This document shows, piece by piece, positions 22,790-36,227 of a DNA stretch of 64,000 bases. The stretch is from Bilabrum cf. latius (taxonomy: Eukaryota). Within the stretch, counting starts at the first letter, position 1. Every line of letters starts with the position of its first letter. The translations under genes were made by a program, and so were the position numbers. The stretch covers positions 868,001-932,000 of the forward strand of contig OZ237751.1 of NCBI GenBank assembly GCA_965178125.1. Reading direction: 5' to 3'. The notes beneath the pieces are model-generated. The model was not told where the DNA came from. It did not search any database and saw only the letters and a list, made by a program, of their open reading frames with translations.

Positions 22790-25700
22790 TCACTGCTTAG
22801 GATACTTATCACTAGGCCGCATCACCACCCGCAGCCCCACGATGGAAGGCCTCAAACTAGCGGGCTAGCCAATCACGAAGACGCGCCTAAAGTGGGCAAA
22901 TACGCGGGCAATCTCGCCCTGGCCCCAGTCGCGCACGCAATCGCTGGGCTGGAGCTGTGCACTGTCGTGCGATGCATGGGTCTGTGGTTCAGTGCCGGTC
23001 GAGGGGTCGCCAGAACTGGCTTGCTGACTCGTACCGCTACCATTTACTTCCTTGCTGCCTGCATGACCCTCCAAAACAGCATCATTGCCATCTCCATCAT
23101 CATCATCATCGTCGTCGCTGGAGAAAGCTAGTTCGACAATATCTCCGTCCCCTTCCACCTGCAAGCAGGCGGCACCTTGTGCCCCACCATGGGCGTCCTC
23201 GTGGGAAGTTTCGTTAATGGACCGATCCAAAGCACCAATCTCTATGGGGGGCGGCAGGTCTTCCTGATCCCATGTGATGAGAGAGAACACGCTGACACCG
23301 TCAGCCACCACAGCCACGATACCAGGCGGTGGGCGCGGCAGCACGGGCAGGACAGGCGGGACGCTCGCTCCGATGTTCCGCAAGGCGCCGCGCAATTGCA
23401 TGCGGGCCTGTTTCTTGTTCCGGATCGACTGCTTGCTCGTGATAGTGCCTGTACCTGTGCCTGTACCTGTGCCTATACTAGCACCTTCACCTGACGGAGC
23501 GTGGCCTTCGACTCGCGGGCTGGATGCAGTCGCAGCAGCGGCAGATGAAGGCGCGTGGGCAGGTGCCGAGACAAGCTATGGTCCTTGCTAGCTAGTATCC
23601 ATTGCTGTCGCTGGAACTGGCTGTTTCTCCTCCCCACTGCTGCGGCGATCAACGTCACCGTGGACGGTCTGGTCACCCACACTCTCCTAATCCTCGTCCT
23701 CCTCCTCATCGTCCTCATCATCATCTGTGGAATCCACTTCGTGCACTGGGCTCTTGCTAGGCGCAGCTCTTCGGAGCATACCAGGTGAATCCTCACCTGT
23801 GCTACCGTGCGCTGCACCTACACCCTCACCATCCGAAGCGCCGCTGCTCCCCAGCCGGGCGCCCCCCGCGGTGGACAGGAACAGGGGAGACACGTGCTTC
23901 TGCAGGTGCCGCAGGTGCACCAGTTCCGGGTTCCCGAGGGCCTGAGTCACCACAACGAGCGGGTCACCATCCAGCACAGAGCGGGAGCAGCAGGCCAGTG
24001 TGTCCCGGGCGAATGCCGCCACAGTGGCGCTGAGCGTAGCCCTGGCTGCCCGAGTGCTGAGCCGGGCAAAGGCCCGTCGTGCGCCGGCGAGACCCAGCTC
24101 CGTGGCCGCACTCGTCATACCATTTGGTTCGAAGCCCACGCTGGAAATATCTGCCCGCGGTCCGCCTTTGGCCACCCACAGTGCGCCGAAGACGTCCCCT
24201 TTAGCCATCTCCATGACCCTGTCGAACACCGCCTCCGCGAGGCCCCTCACCACCCCGGCCATCCCGCTGTTCGTGAACATTCGCCCGTCTACCGACACAC
24301 GGTCCCTCCTGAGATCAGCCTCCATCTGCGCGCTTCCCACCCTGTCCCCCGGCACGTGCCCGTACATGCGCCGCTGTGCGGCCGCCGCTGCCTCAGCCAC
24401 GGCCAGCCGGGCCTCCTCCTGTGCCCCTTGTTCACTGGACCCAGATGCACCTCCGACTTGTTCCCTCAGCTGGACGGAGGGGAAGCCCGCTCGCAGGCCC
24501 ACCCCCAGCTCCCCGTCTCGGTTGGACACAAGCCCCAAAGGCTGCATGGGCGCCTGCCGACCCGACGACCGGCCCATCTCCTCCCCGAATCCAGTCGGAG
24601 CGTCAGTGCCGCCCACGTCCGCGCCCCTCAGAGCGCGCGGCGCCGGTTCCGCAAGACCCCGGGCGGCCATGTCCGCCTGCAGCTGCTCACGCTCGGCGGC
24701 GCTCGCGGCTGCCGCAGCCACCCTGATCCTGTCGCAGTCCAGCACCAGGTCCGGGGGCCCTAGCACAGCGGGGGCGCGGGGCTAGCGGGTGCGGCGGGCT
24801 CGGGGGCGTTCTGAAGTATCGGGCAGCGGATGGGGCAAAGGCTGGCGCCTCGTGCTGGGGGGCGATCTAGCCGTCCACTTGACCCTCGCTACGCCTGCGG
24901 GGTCTTCCGTGTCGAGGAAAGTTGGCTAGCGAGACATAGTCGCTGCTTGGGCGACGCTTGGGTCTATGCCTGAGCTGAGCTGTGCGCTATCGGCCAGCGG
25001 CGGATCTGTTCCATGATCGAGTCCACCGGTGGATTGCTCTTCTGTCTTCGATCCTGCCTCCCCATGGCCTAGCGCACCCTCACTCGTCACACGCACGGTG
25101 TTCCCTGGCATCATCCAGTGTTCCGTGTATCCATATCCCACCGGCAATACCTAAGGGCAGGCCTCGGTCACTGAGGGGCCCTTGGCGGGATCGGCTGCGC
25201 TCTGGATTGTTGTGACTTCCACAGCCCTGCCTTCCGCACTCTATCTGTTCTCCGAGCCCGTGCCGGGTACGCCCATCTCTAGGATTGCCTCCACCGGTGG
25301 CTCGTCGTAGGGCTCCACACCCGCGGCAAGCTCGAGTGCCTCCGTCACTGCCGTCCTGAACCCGATGCAGTCGTCGGCTTTCCGCTACCGTTGGCGCCAC
25401 TGCACGAGCAGCCGATGGGACGTCTCGATCGCGTCCCGGGCCGGGCTGCCCCACTCCCACTCGCTCTCGCTCTCCTAGTCGCATCGGCTTGCCCATCCTT
25501 GCCCATCGAGCGAGTCAGCCGCCCCTGAGTTCGTGCTGCCACCCACCGACGCACCCCCGCCACCGCCAGGACCAGAGCCTCTGGAGGAGATCGAAGATTG
25601 CCCGGACACCCGCCCCAGATCCAGGGCACTGCCACTAGCGCCAAACGACCCGGAACCAAAATCACCACGGGCCCGCCGCGCGGCCCGCGATATCTCTGCC

Positions 25701-27022
25701 AGCCAGAAATCCCTCTCCTCCACCGAGTCCGTGGTCCACAGGTACTTCTCCTTGTTCCGGTTTAGGGGATTGAGAGGGCCGCCGGTCGCCGCCCCGGCGC
25801 CAGCAGCGGCTCCTTGGCGTCCTTGTCCTGGTGCTCGAAGGGACGAAGAAGAGGACGGGGGGCCCGTCCTGCCCGAGGCGACAGACGCAGCGTCTGGCCA
25901 CGGCCCCTTGCGCTGCCTGCCAGGGTCTGGCCACGGCCCCTTGCGCTGCCTGCCAGGGTCTGGCCACGGCCCCTTGCGCTGCCTGCCAGGGTCTGGCCAC
26001 GGCCCCTTGCGCTGCCTGCCAGGGTCTGGCGGGGAGTTTTCAGCCTGTGCCGGCACAGCAGACGCGTCAGAGCGGTCTGGGGAAGGTTCGGTGCTGCCTG
26101 AAGAACCGCTAGGTGCGGTGCCACTGCCACTATCGTGGCTGCCCGAAGCAGCTGCTCCGCCGGTTGCAACCGAACTCGCGAAGAATCGCCCGCAGCCACC
26201 GCGGCTGCCAGCTCGGTCGCTGCCTGGGGGTCTTGGGCTTCCAATAATCGCTGGGTTTCTTCGTCGAGGCCGGGCGAGCTTGCGGGCAGTTGCTCCGTCT
26301 GCCACTGGCACTGCTTCGTCGGCAACCTGTGAACCAGCGATACTGCCCTAGTCGGCAGGATGAGAGTCGGATGCGCGAGCGATGGTTGCGTCAAACAGGG
26401 CAGTCCTCTACATCTCCATACCGCGTCGTCGTGCCTGGCCGCTGCCGAAGCGGTCCATGTGCTGCATGCGCTTGCGCTTCTGGTCTTGGATCGCGTGAGA
26501 TCGGAGCTCCAGCACCAACCCACACGATCCACCTCGAAATCCGGTCGAGGGCCGCACAACTAAATCTGACTTCAAAGATATGATTCCTTTCAGTTTGGTT
26601 TCCTCAGTGTCTGTAAAGTAGGAGAGCTGGGCCGACAGAGGATCAAGCACTACCCAACGCCGATTCCATGGGGCCATCATGCCGGAAAACTTCCACATCC
26701 ACCCGCAAACAACTCGATTAGACCCAGATCCTCGCACTACAATGGTACCGCTTGGTTGTGCAGGTAGCCTGCTCGGCTATTTGACAAGTGGGGCACGTTG
26801 CTTGGAATCGGCCTTCGAGTCGCCTTGAGATGCACCATCTGAGCTCAAAAGGGCTTCATGCCGCTCAATCCAAGGTACAAGTACTTTGTGCAGATCTGAA
26901 CCGGGCTTCTCTTTCGCAAGAAGCACCCGAATTGCAGGAATTACAGCTTTTGCCGAAAGGTGCTCCTGACGGAGCTGGTCCAACAGATGCAGTGACGCAT
27001 CTACGAAGAGGTTCTCTGCCAT
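22790..27022 (-). CDS. PH-domain protein (~1410 aa) with the PH domain split by a long insert; TAG read-through
   Basis: ORFs 26777-27022, 26408-26737, 25475-26311, 24926-25147, 23687-24766 and 22865-23401 are in frame through TAGs, ending at TGA 22790. PH N-half CGWMWK..WNRRWVVL..LSYF..KLKGII; C-half KYLWTTDSVEERDFWLAEI. Confidence 0.82.
25892..26030 (-). repeat. 33-bp coding tandem repeat x4 (PDPGRQRKGPW)
   Basis: gtctggccacggccccttgcgctgcctgccagg repeated directly. Confidence 0.95.
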
Positions 27023-27194
27023 AATATGTATATGTGTGCGAGTTCTATGCTACACCGGCACCGCAGAGCTTGAAGCCAACACCACCGACGTGACCGATCC
27101 AATGGTTGGGCAGTTGCAGGGTGCACGCAACCCAACCACCCCAAAAAGCAAGCCTCCAGTCAACCACTATAAATTCATACACAACATATAGCTG

Positions 27195-27666
27195 TCAAGC
27201 AAAAAATGAAGCCGTGCTGATGCCAGCATCTGCCGACCCGCCGGTCTCATCCGTGCCATTCCGAACTCCAGTCGGCCCAGCAAACGCACCACCTGCACCC
27301 TCCCCCTCCTGCGCCGCTGCTTTAGACTCGAAGAATGCCGCTGGATTGGTCCCTGGTGACACGTTCGCGAGCGCGCCTGCCTGCTGGAACAGAACAGCAG
27401 CACCAGGGGCGGGAGCGCTTGCTTGGTGCTCGCCTGCAGGTGCACCTGCCTTTGCGCCACCAAAAACAGCAGCCGCGCTAGCCTTCATCGGAGTATCATC
27501 TACGGCTCGAATGCCGAGGACGGGCTGTGGCAGCCCTTCTGCACGTGCAGGCGCCGATGTGCCGCGAGGACTAGTCGGGCCAGATTGCTTCTGCACTCCA
27601 ATCGATTGCTCTTCACCGTCGTGGTCAGGGGACTGATGCATGTCTAGAGGCCGCTCTTGCTCACCT

Positions 27667-27709
<43 letters not shown>

Positions 27710-30700
27710 ACTGATGATGATGATCGCGGTCAGGCTCGTGATGCATCTGGTGTGACTGCGGCTGCCTGGGCCCGTGCCCTCGGGAGACCCTCGCTCCCCT
27801 TGGAATGAACCGCCGGTGGGTCTTAAGGTGCGAGTGCGAGTGCGAGTGCGAGCGGGAGGGGGAGACTGGCGGTGCGTCTGCCTCGCCCTCATGCCCTGGG
27901 GATAGCCCTGCTTCGGGGTGTGGGCCAGTCTGCCCATGTCCCTCCGTGCCCGGCGGTCCATCTGAACGCGTGTCTCCTGGCGCACCTACTTGCAAGGCCA
28001 ATACGTGCAATCCTGACTCATCATGCTGCTGCTGCTGCTGCTGCTGCTGCTACGGCTGTATAGGACCAACCTCGGACTCGCTTGCCTGGGACACAGCTGA
28101 CTGAGGGGGGCCATCGGCATAGGCAGGGAGCTCTGCTGCGTTGGTATCACCCGAGCCGGGAACCCCGAGAGCATGATGCTGCACCTCTGCTGCGTCGTCG
28201 CGCTCCTGCATTTTCTCATTCCCACTAGCAGGCTCGTTGGACTCAGCTGGTCGACCAATAGACTGCTCCTGCTCCGGGCCAACGCTAGTTGGAGGAGGCT
28301 GCTCGGCTCCTGCGAATGGGCCAGAGCCGGGCCGTTGCTGCCCATCGGTCGCTTCTTTCCAGGTGCCGCTTGTACGCTGCTGCTGCTGCTGCTACCGCCG
28401 CTGCTGCCGCCTGCGCTTGGCAAGCATGCGAGCCCCCGGCCCCACCGCGATCGCTGCCATCTCCGTGTTGGGCACCTGCGGAAACGACTGCGTGGGGGGC
28501 CTGCCGACCGCTGCTGCTGCCACACCGGCCGTGCCTAGTCCCATATTGGGAGGCGGGCCAGCCGTGGGCGGGCCGACAGCCGCATCCAGAGGTTGGTTGT
28601 CTCCACCTAGGCTGCTCGGACCTGGGCCGAAGTTGGGCCCGCCGATGGGAGGGCCGGCCTGCGCATCTAGCTCCGGCGCCTGCTGCTATTTTTGCTGCTC
28701 CCACTGCTGATGTGACGATTGTTCCTGCTGTTCCCTGAGCTGGTCCTCCTTCCGCACCTATTCAATCACGTCCTCGGCGGTGAAAAAGCCCCCCATGGCC
28801 GTAAAGAAAGAGCTGGAGGCTGCCTGCACCTGATCCAGCACACTCGACTCGCCCTCCACCTCCCCGTCGGCATCGGCATACGCGTCAGAGTACGGGCCCT
28901 GGGTCTGCTGCCCTGCTGCCATTTCCTGGGCGTACTGCTGCTCGTGCTGCCAGTTCGCAGCATCCTGCTGGTACCCCTGCTCGGTCGCCTGGCCAGGTGC
29001 ATCCTGGGCATCGTACCCATACTCATTCGATTGCATTGAATCTGCCCCAACAGGTGCACTGTGCTGGTCATATTTTCCAGGTTCTGTCTACTGGTGGTGG
29101 CCCTAGGAAGGCTGCATCTCCATGGGGTGCCGATAGCCACTGCTACCATAGTGTTCCTGCGTTGGCGGCTGACTGACCCCGATCACAGCTGCACCGTCCA
29201 TGTCACCATCGCCGCCCCCGGCCGTGCCCTCGAACATGGCCCCGCCGCTGCTCCCGGCACCATCGCCGCCCCCGGCCGTGCCCTCGAACATGGCCCCGCC
29301 GCTGCTCCCGGCACCATCGCCGCCCCCGGCCGTGCCCTCGAACATGGCCCCGCCGCTGCTCCCGGCACCATCACCGCCCCCGGCCGTGCCCTCGAACATG
29401 GCCCCGGTATCGGCTGGTGACTTCCCCACTGCCCACTTAGGGCCGGCATTCCTGCCATTGCCAGTCTACGGACCGAAATACCCGCCGGGCCCGTGAGGCC
29501 CGAAAGCAGACGAACCCAGCGCGTCCAACGCCCCGCCTTCTTCCTGCCCATCTTCATCGCCATCGCCATCATGACTGTCCTATCCGTCTCCACCTCCGCC
29601 CATGCCAGTGCCAGTACCGGGGTCGAATCTGCCTCGGCCAGCACTGCCGTCCTTCTGCGGTGTGTTGCCGGTCGCAGTCATGAATCGGGCGAACCCGATG
29701 ACTGAATTCAGCACGCTGCTAGACTGCTCGCCCCCTTCGCCGTCCAACGATTCGGCACCGTTGCCCGCGGCAGCTTCTGCCCCGTCTTCCGCACCGAAAT
29801 CGAACCCGTCTGCAGAATCCCCGTAGTATGCTGCCTCGTCCTCGTCCTCGCCGTCGCCATACCGGGTACCGCCGTGCTGCGAATGTCCACTGCGAACAGC
29901 ACGCTCTGCATCTCCAGCTCTTTTGCCACCGAAAGCTTCGTAGCCTGCCACGTTCACCTGTCCCGCATCACTACCCATTTGCTGGTCTGCAAGGTCCTCC
30001 GACGGATTCACTCCTTTGCTTGCCGCATCCTACGGACCGCTTCGACCGCTGGACACGTCCCCTTCGAAGTCTCCGTCCTGGCCGGCACTCCCGCCCTCGT
30101 GCTATTCGTCCTCGCCCAGCATCAATCCGCCGTCATGCGTCCCCGCCCCATCGCCCACAAACCCGCCCAACTCGCCTCCCGACACACCGTGCTCCCCGAG
30201 ACGCCCCCCTGCGAGCCCCTCGGCCTCATCCTAGCCAACATGATCACCCCCATCATCATCGTCATCGTCATCGTCACCCAGGAACACGTCCTCCACGAAG
30301 CGAGAAGACGCGATTTCGTGATTGACTGCCTGAGACGATACCGGATGAACTTCATGCCCCGGCTCATGGCCATCACCCGCCCCATTTGAATGCTCTGCCT
30401 CTTTTGCCCGGCCCGCCACCTCGTCGCCGTTGGCAGGCGTGGAATGGTCCTAGCCGGGCCCAAAGAGGACGGCACTGTGCACGCGAGGCCGACCCTGGGT
30501 CGCAGGGGTGGCCGCGTGCGCCTCACTGTCGTGCGATGCACCCTACGACTCGCGTCGTCCGGCTTCGTCTTCGCCGCCATCGTCGTCCAGGAACGTTCCT
30601 TGGATGGCTTGCCGCACGGCCGTGCCCCGCCCGGGCGCGTCCTGGCGATACACGGGCCGGCCTTGGCCCGGACTGTGCTCCAGCGAAACGGCCGGGCTAC

Positions 30701-33700
30701 CGTACGACTCGTTTTCATCGTACGACGCATCGCGGACCGCATCTTGCACAGCCACGGGTGAAGCCCCTCTGAACCCCTCCGCTGGGGGGCTCCCGCTCCC
30801 GGGTGCCCGCCTCGTGGGCTGCTCGAACGACCTGTCCGCCACGCCGTGCCCGCCCCCCGGCTGGGAGCCTTCACTCGTCACACCGATCCCGGAGAGGTCG
30901 GCCTCGGCCAGCGCCCCCGTGATTGTTCCCCCAGAGGCTGCGTCGATCGCCTTGACGCCCTCCAGCCGAGCCATGGCCACCGCGTGGGACCCGCCCGCAC
31001 GCTGGAGTGCCTGCGCCAGAGCCACCGTCTCAAGTTCCTGGGCGGCCAGCAGCACCAGCAGATCGCCCTTCTCGGACTGCAGCTGGGAAAGCTCCAGCTC
31101 CAGGGACTGGTCGGCATCCCCGGGGGCGCCACTCGTCACACCATTGCCGCTCGCCGTGCCTCGGATCCGCTGCAGCTCCGCCTCCAGCTAGGCCGCTCGC
31201 TCCCGCTCCGACTGCAGGTCCTCGGCGAGGGCACCCACACGCTCCTCGAGCCGCACCGCCTTCGATGCGAGCTCCCGCTATTCCCCGATCCGATCCTCTT
31301 GTTCCCTGGCCCTCTCCGCCTCGGCTCGCCGCAGCTGCTCCCTTAGGCCGGATCGCTCCGCGGCCCACCCCTGCCGCTCTGTGCGCAGGGTGGACTGCAC
31401 CTCGGCGAGCTTGCGTTCCAGGGCGAGGGCCGATCGTCTGGCCCTGGCCGCTTCCTCCATGGCTTCCTGCCTGCCCTCCTGTGAGGTCCTCAGCCCGCTC
31501 TGCAGGTCACGCACCTTGGAAGACAGCTCGCCGATTTGCTGGGCAGCGGCTCCAGCGCCAGAGTCCGGCGCGGCCTGGGAATTCCTCTGCTATTCCCGCT
31601 GCAGCTCCTACCTGGCCGTGTCGGCTTCCATCTCCGCGCCTGCCAGCACCTCCCTCAACCGTTGCAGCTCGTTCTCGTCCTCCCGCCTGGCTGCCTGCAT
31701 GGATCGCTCCGACTGAGTCTGCTGTTCCAGCTCTCGGCCCGCATCGTCGGCCCGCTAGAAAGCCTCGGTCAGCTGCTTCTGCAGGCTGTCTCGAGCTTGC
31801 GCGACCTCATCCAGCTGTCCTCGAAGCGATGCAGCTTCTTCCCGTGCCTGCTGCAGACGCTCGATAGTAACGGTTGCACTCGGTGAGCCTGCGTCCGTCT
31901 AGGGCATGCTTTGCAGCTGCTATTCGAACCGCGCTCGCTCCTGTTGCAGCTGACCACTGGCCTCCCGCATGCCCTGCTGCAGCCGCTGCACATCCTCCCG
32001 CAGCCGCTGTGCCTCCTCCCGCACAGAAGCAGACTCCCGCTCGGCTGCAGCGGCGCGTTTAATCGCTGCTCGGAGTTCGTGATGCACAGAGCCGCCACGT
32101 CCAGCGGCGGGCGATTCAAGGGAGCTGGCGGCGGACATTGAGCTCCGTACTGGTCCACCAGGGCTACCAACGGTCAGCCCCTGCCCCTGCCCCTGCCCCT
32201 GCATCTAAATGACCCACAGCGCCTCGCGCACCTGCGCCAGCCTCGTCCGCAGCGTCTCCGCATCTGCTTCCGCCTCGTCTGCAGGCGCCTTCCCTGGGCC
32301 TGCCCCTGCCCCCCCGAGGACGTGGGTCATCAACGCGCCGCGGAGGTAGTCTCCCGCGGCCCGCACCACGTCACCCATCGTGGCAGGGTGACCCGCGACG
32401 ACCTGGTGACCCGCCCAATCCGCCCCCGCGGCCAGCCCCATGGCCGCGTCCAGCTGCCGAGGGCCCACAGAGGCGAGGGTATCAAGAATGGAAGACCGCA
32501 GCGCCACTGCCAACGCGGCATCGCCATCCGATGATGACCCGGGCCCGCTTTCCGCCTGCTCCCCGGTGCCCGGATCGCTGGAAGCGGGCCGCGCCATGGG
32601 CTCGAGCCCCGCCAGGATGCAGCCCACGATGGTGCCGCGGAGGCCGTACAGCCACTCGGGTGCGCTCGTCACACGTGACTCAACCGGAGACTCCACCTCG
32701 CCCTCGCGCGCCTCGTCGTTCCCCACGGCCAGCCCGCGTGCCAGTCTGACCGCCCAGTGTGCCTCCACGGTGCCAGCCCGGGCCTCGCCGCTTGGACCAG
32801 CCTAACCGCTTCCATCGCCGCTCCCCAGCCGCAGCACGGTCCTCACCGCCCCCTCGCTGCAGCAGAGCCAGTGCGAAAGCAGGCAAGCAAGCCGCGGCGC
32901 TGCCCTGCGGCAGTGCATGCCGCCCACTGCAGCCCCCTGCAGCGCGCGCCTCGCCAGCCGAAGCACGCCCTCCAGCAGCGCCTCACGGCCGGACCCCGTC
33001 CCGCGCCCCACGCTGCTTGGCGACAGGTCCACCTCCTCACTCGTCACACCGCCCGCGAGCGACTAAGCCACGGTCACCTGCGCAGCGACTGCAGCCGCGT
33101 CAGTTGACTAACTGCTGGCGGCCGGCGCACCACCGAGACCAGAGCCAGGCCCACCCCTTGACCCGTCAGCGCGCAGTTTTTCTGATTCTGCGGTCTCTCC
33201 CAACTACCCCATACCCTACCCCGGTGATGCACCCCCGTGCGCTGCAGCCAAGAGCCAGTCGGGGGACCCCAGCGCCAGGCCCAGGGCCCCGCTGGTGCGG
33301 CTCAGCTGCTCGCACAAGTACTCAACGGCTAGATCCCCGAGGCCAGCCCCGGCACCAGGCCCGTCCCCCGCGCACAGCTCCCTGGCCGCTGTGAGCAGCC
33401 CAAGCACAACTACTTGGGCTGGTGCCCTGTACGGCGCGAGGGGCTCCAACAGCTGCCCGTTTGGCCCGCGCAGTGGGGGCTGAGACAGGGCACCCGCGAG
33501 AAAGCCCACGGCTGCCTGCGAGTCCTGCTTCCCCAACACCCCCAGGGGGTATCCCCCGGTGGTACTCTCACGGGGGGACACCCCCGCACCGGGGAGGGGC
33601 CTCCGACCCCTGGACCCAGGGAACAAGCCCAACCCACCGCTCCCGCCGCCCCACGGACGAGCGCCGAGCAGCACCTGAAGCAGCGACATGGACCCGCCCG

Positions 33701-35797
33701 CCAGGGCTTGTTCCCTGGATCCCGCCTCCCTCCCGGGTCCCCCCAGTGGCACCAGGGCCTGGGCGACCAGCGCTGTCGCGAGCGACATGTCGGCCACCCC
33801 AGCACCAGCCCCTGCCAGCCCGCTGCCCCTGCTTACCGCCCCCGCAGGCAGCAAACCCACGCCCCTCAACGCCCCCAGCACCGCACCCGCCCCGCTGGCG
33901 CTGCTGCCCGCACACGCCCGCGCCGCCGCCTCCAGGTCCCGTTGTTCCCTGGCGTGCAGCCGCTCCGCGACCAGCGGATCCACCGCCCGCAGCGCCACGT
34001 CCATCTGCACCCTCGGCTGGCCCCACGCCCCCGAGGCCAGCACAGCCCTTGCGGCAGGAGCCAGGTAGGACCCCGGGGAGGCGGAAGCGCGCGCCCTCCC
34101 CTGCTGCCCGCCGTCCTCCAGCTTGCTCTCCTCCTCGTCCTCGCCCTATCTCTGGCCTGGGCGACCTGCACCACCGTGCGATGCATCCAGAGCCAGCGCG
34201 CACAGCGCCTCCCGCACCTTGCCGCTCCTGGCCAGCGCCGCCCTCACCGTCCCCGCAGCGTCCTCCTCCTGCCTGCGGTCGAGGGAACCCGCCTCACTCG
34301 TCACACCGATGGCACCCACGCTCGCACTCGTCACACCGTTCACGAGGATCCTGCGGGCGTCGGGCAGCAGCCCCACCAGCACTGCCATGGCCCCGGCAGC
34401 AGCCTCCGCCGCCGCCCCCCTGACCTGCTCAGTGGCCCTCCGGTCCGCCCTGGCGTCTTCCGGCGCCCTCCCGTCCTCGTCCTCGTCCTCCTCCTATTCC
34501 TCTTGCGCACCTCCCGTGGCGCCTGCCTGGCCCCGCTGGTGCAGGGGGTGGATGTTCCCCGGCTGCAGCAGGGGGGCGAGCGGCTCCAGACCAGAATTTG
34601 CGACCAGTTTGCGCGCCACGGGTGACCTGGCCATGGCCTGCGCCAGCACCCGCAGGCACAGGGACGCTTCCTCGGCGTGCTGCGCCGCCAGTGCCCTCGA
34701 TGCAGGCGGTGGCGCCCCGGCCCCGGCCCCTTTCTTTCGATTCCGGATCCCGCACCTGTCCCTCGCTATGTTGAGGAGGAGAGCGGCGCTCCCGTGGAAC
34801 GCCAAAAAAGAAGCCACCTCCGATGTGCGCCTGGCGTGGGCCGTTGCACGCGGTGAGGCGTCCTAGGCGCGGGGGGTGGTGATGGTGGTGCTGCTGGCAG
34901 CGGCCACCTCGCCTGATGGGTATGCTTGCATGTGAGGCAGCGCCGGGGGGCGTGTCTTCGCATCGTGGCCTGAGGCTGAGGCTGCGCCCATCGGGCCGGT
35001 CGACTCGGATTGGTGCATCGTGCCAGCCGGGCCAGGGCACCACTCGTCATCCCGTGGGACGCCTGTGAGGGCGAGGAGCAGCGAGAGGAGAGCCCTGCGG
35101 ACGTCCGGGCGGGCGTCCTCGAGCGTGTCCAGGAGAGGCTCCACCCCGCCGGGGACGGAGAGGAGGGAGGCCTCCGTGTCGGCAGGGAGGCAGCGGTGCA
35201 TGGCGAGGAGCAGCTGCAGGGCGAGCATGCGGACCCACACGTCCGACTGGCGGAGCAGTGCCATGGTGACTTGGGCCGCGTACGGCTGCGCCAGGAAGAG
35301 ATGCGTGCATGCTCTCGCCTCCTCGGCGTGGGCGCCCTGCCCTGCGATTGCCGAGCCGTCGCTGCTTAATGATTCCGTCGGCAGCACCAACGTGAGAGCC
35401 AATTCGAGAGCTTCGCGGACGATGTCTACGTCGCTACTATCTTCGTCGTCTCCCAGTACTTCCACAAGGATTGGCATCACCCTCCGGCCAAGTGGCAAGC
35501 GATGATCGTCGGCCAAGCCCTGCGAATTCAAAAGCATATGTCGCACATCCCTTGGTTCGCGCAGTGGAGCTATACTTCGGCAATTGATCTTTTCACATAC
35601 ATCCATTTTAAAACCATTGGCCTCACTTTCATCTCCTGCAACGATTCGAGGATATCGGCGGTTGATGTGCTGCTCTCGAGCCTATCCACAAGCATGGCAA
35701 GCATGCCATCGTCAGCTCCTTGGTTTCCCCCATTTCCGTGTTTATTGCCATCTAAATGATCACTGGATCCTGCTGGGGATCCAAATAAGAAGTCCAT
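27195..35797 (-). CDS. USO1: Uso1/p115 vesicle-tethering protein (~2830 aa): armadillo head, coiled coil, very long acidic/Gln-rich tail; one intron 35520-35626
   Basis: LVDRLESSTS...K|GLADDHRLPLG...LVEVLGDD..DVDIVREALE...DVWVRMLALQLL...GVEPLLDTLEDARPDVR matches the p115 head. GT..CAG intron. Coiled coil at ~31000-32200. One frame through many TAGs to TGA 27195. Confidence 0.85.
29203..29405 (-). repeat. 54-bp coding tandem repeat (~3.7 copies, AMFEGTAGGGDGAGSSGG)
   Basis: Direct repeats within the USO1 tail. Confidence 0.92.
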
Positions 35798-35901
35798 TCT
35801 CAAGTTGCTTCCCAGTTGGTCCCAAACAACGATCTGTATTTTGTAATAGTAAGGTGATGGATTGGGCCCGTGAGAAAATGTCCGTTTGGGCTCAGCATAG
35901 C
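35798..35901. promoter_or_regulatory. 104-bp divergent intergenic region (likely bidirectional promoter)
   Basis: The USO1 ATG (35797, minus) and the RIIa-protein ATG (35902, plus) are head-to-head. Confidence 0.5.
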
Positions 35902-36227
35902 ATGGTTGACGTGGAACCGTTGTACTGCGCGGAGCAGATTAAAGTTCCAGAACATCTACCTGATGTCATGAAGCAGTGGACGAAGGCAGTTATTAGGGCG
36001 AACCCGGATGATTTGGTTGCGTGGAGTGCAGAGTGAGAAGCATGTTTTGTCACATGTGCTCAATAGAAGTTGTGGTAATGCTATATCTGCATCGATGCGA
36101 TGTTATTATTCTTTTGCGTGTCTTCTCGAGCAGGTACTTTGCCAGGAGAGCCGAAGAGCGAGTAGCAGCGGCATCAGGTGGGGCTGCTGAAGGCAAGGAA
36201 GATGGAGACGCCAAGGAAGACGGTTAA
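35902..36227 (+). CDS. Small RIIa dimerisation/docking-domain protein (ropporin/RSP11-like), intron 36033-36133
   Basis: MVDVEPLYCAEQIKVPEHLPDVMKQWTKAVIRANPDDLVAWSAE|YFARR is a ropporin-type RIIa motif. The GTGAG..CAG intron joins GA+G in frame. Ends in TAA. Confidence 0.88.

Noticed and set aside
57-35600. Numerous long antisense/alternative-frame ORFs in the track (e.g. 124-1344, 13881-15377, 16539-18401, 33414-34625)
   Set aside because: These are shadow ORFs expected from high GC and tandem repeats. The opposite frame carries the recognisable domains.
1646-35797. Cluster of pseudogenes or sequencing errors explaining the many premature stops
   Set aside because: The interruptions are exclusively TAG, with no frameshifts and no TAA/TGA, and are enriched in Gln contexts. 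Random decay would not give this pattern.
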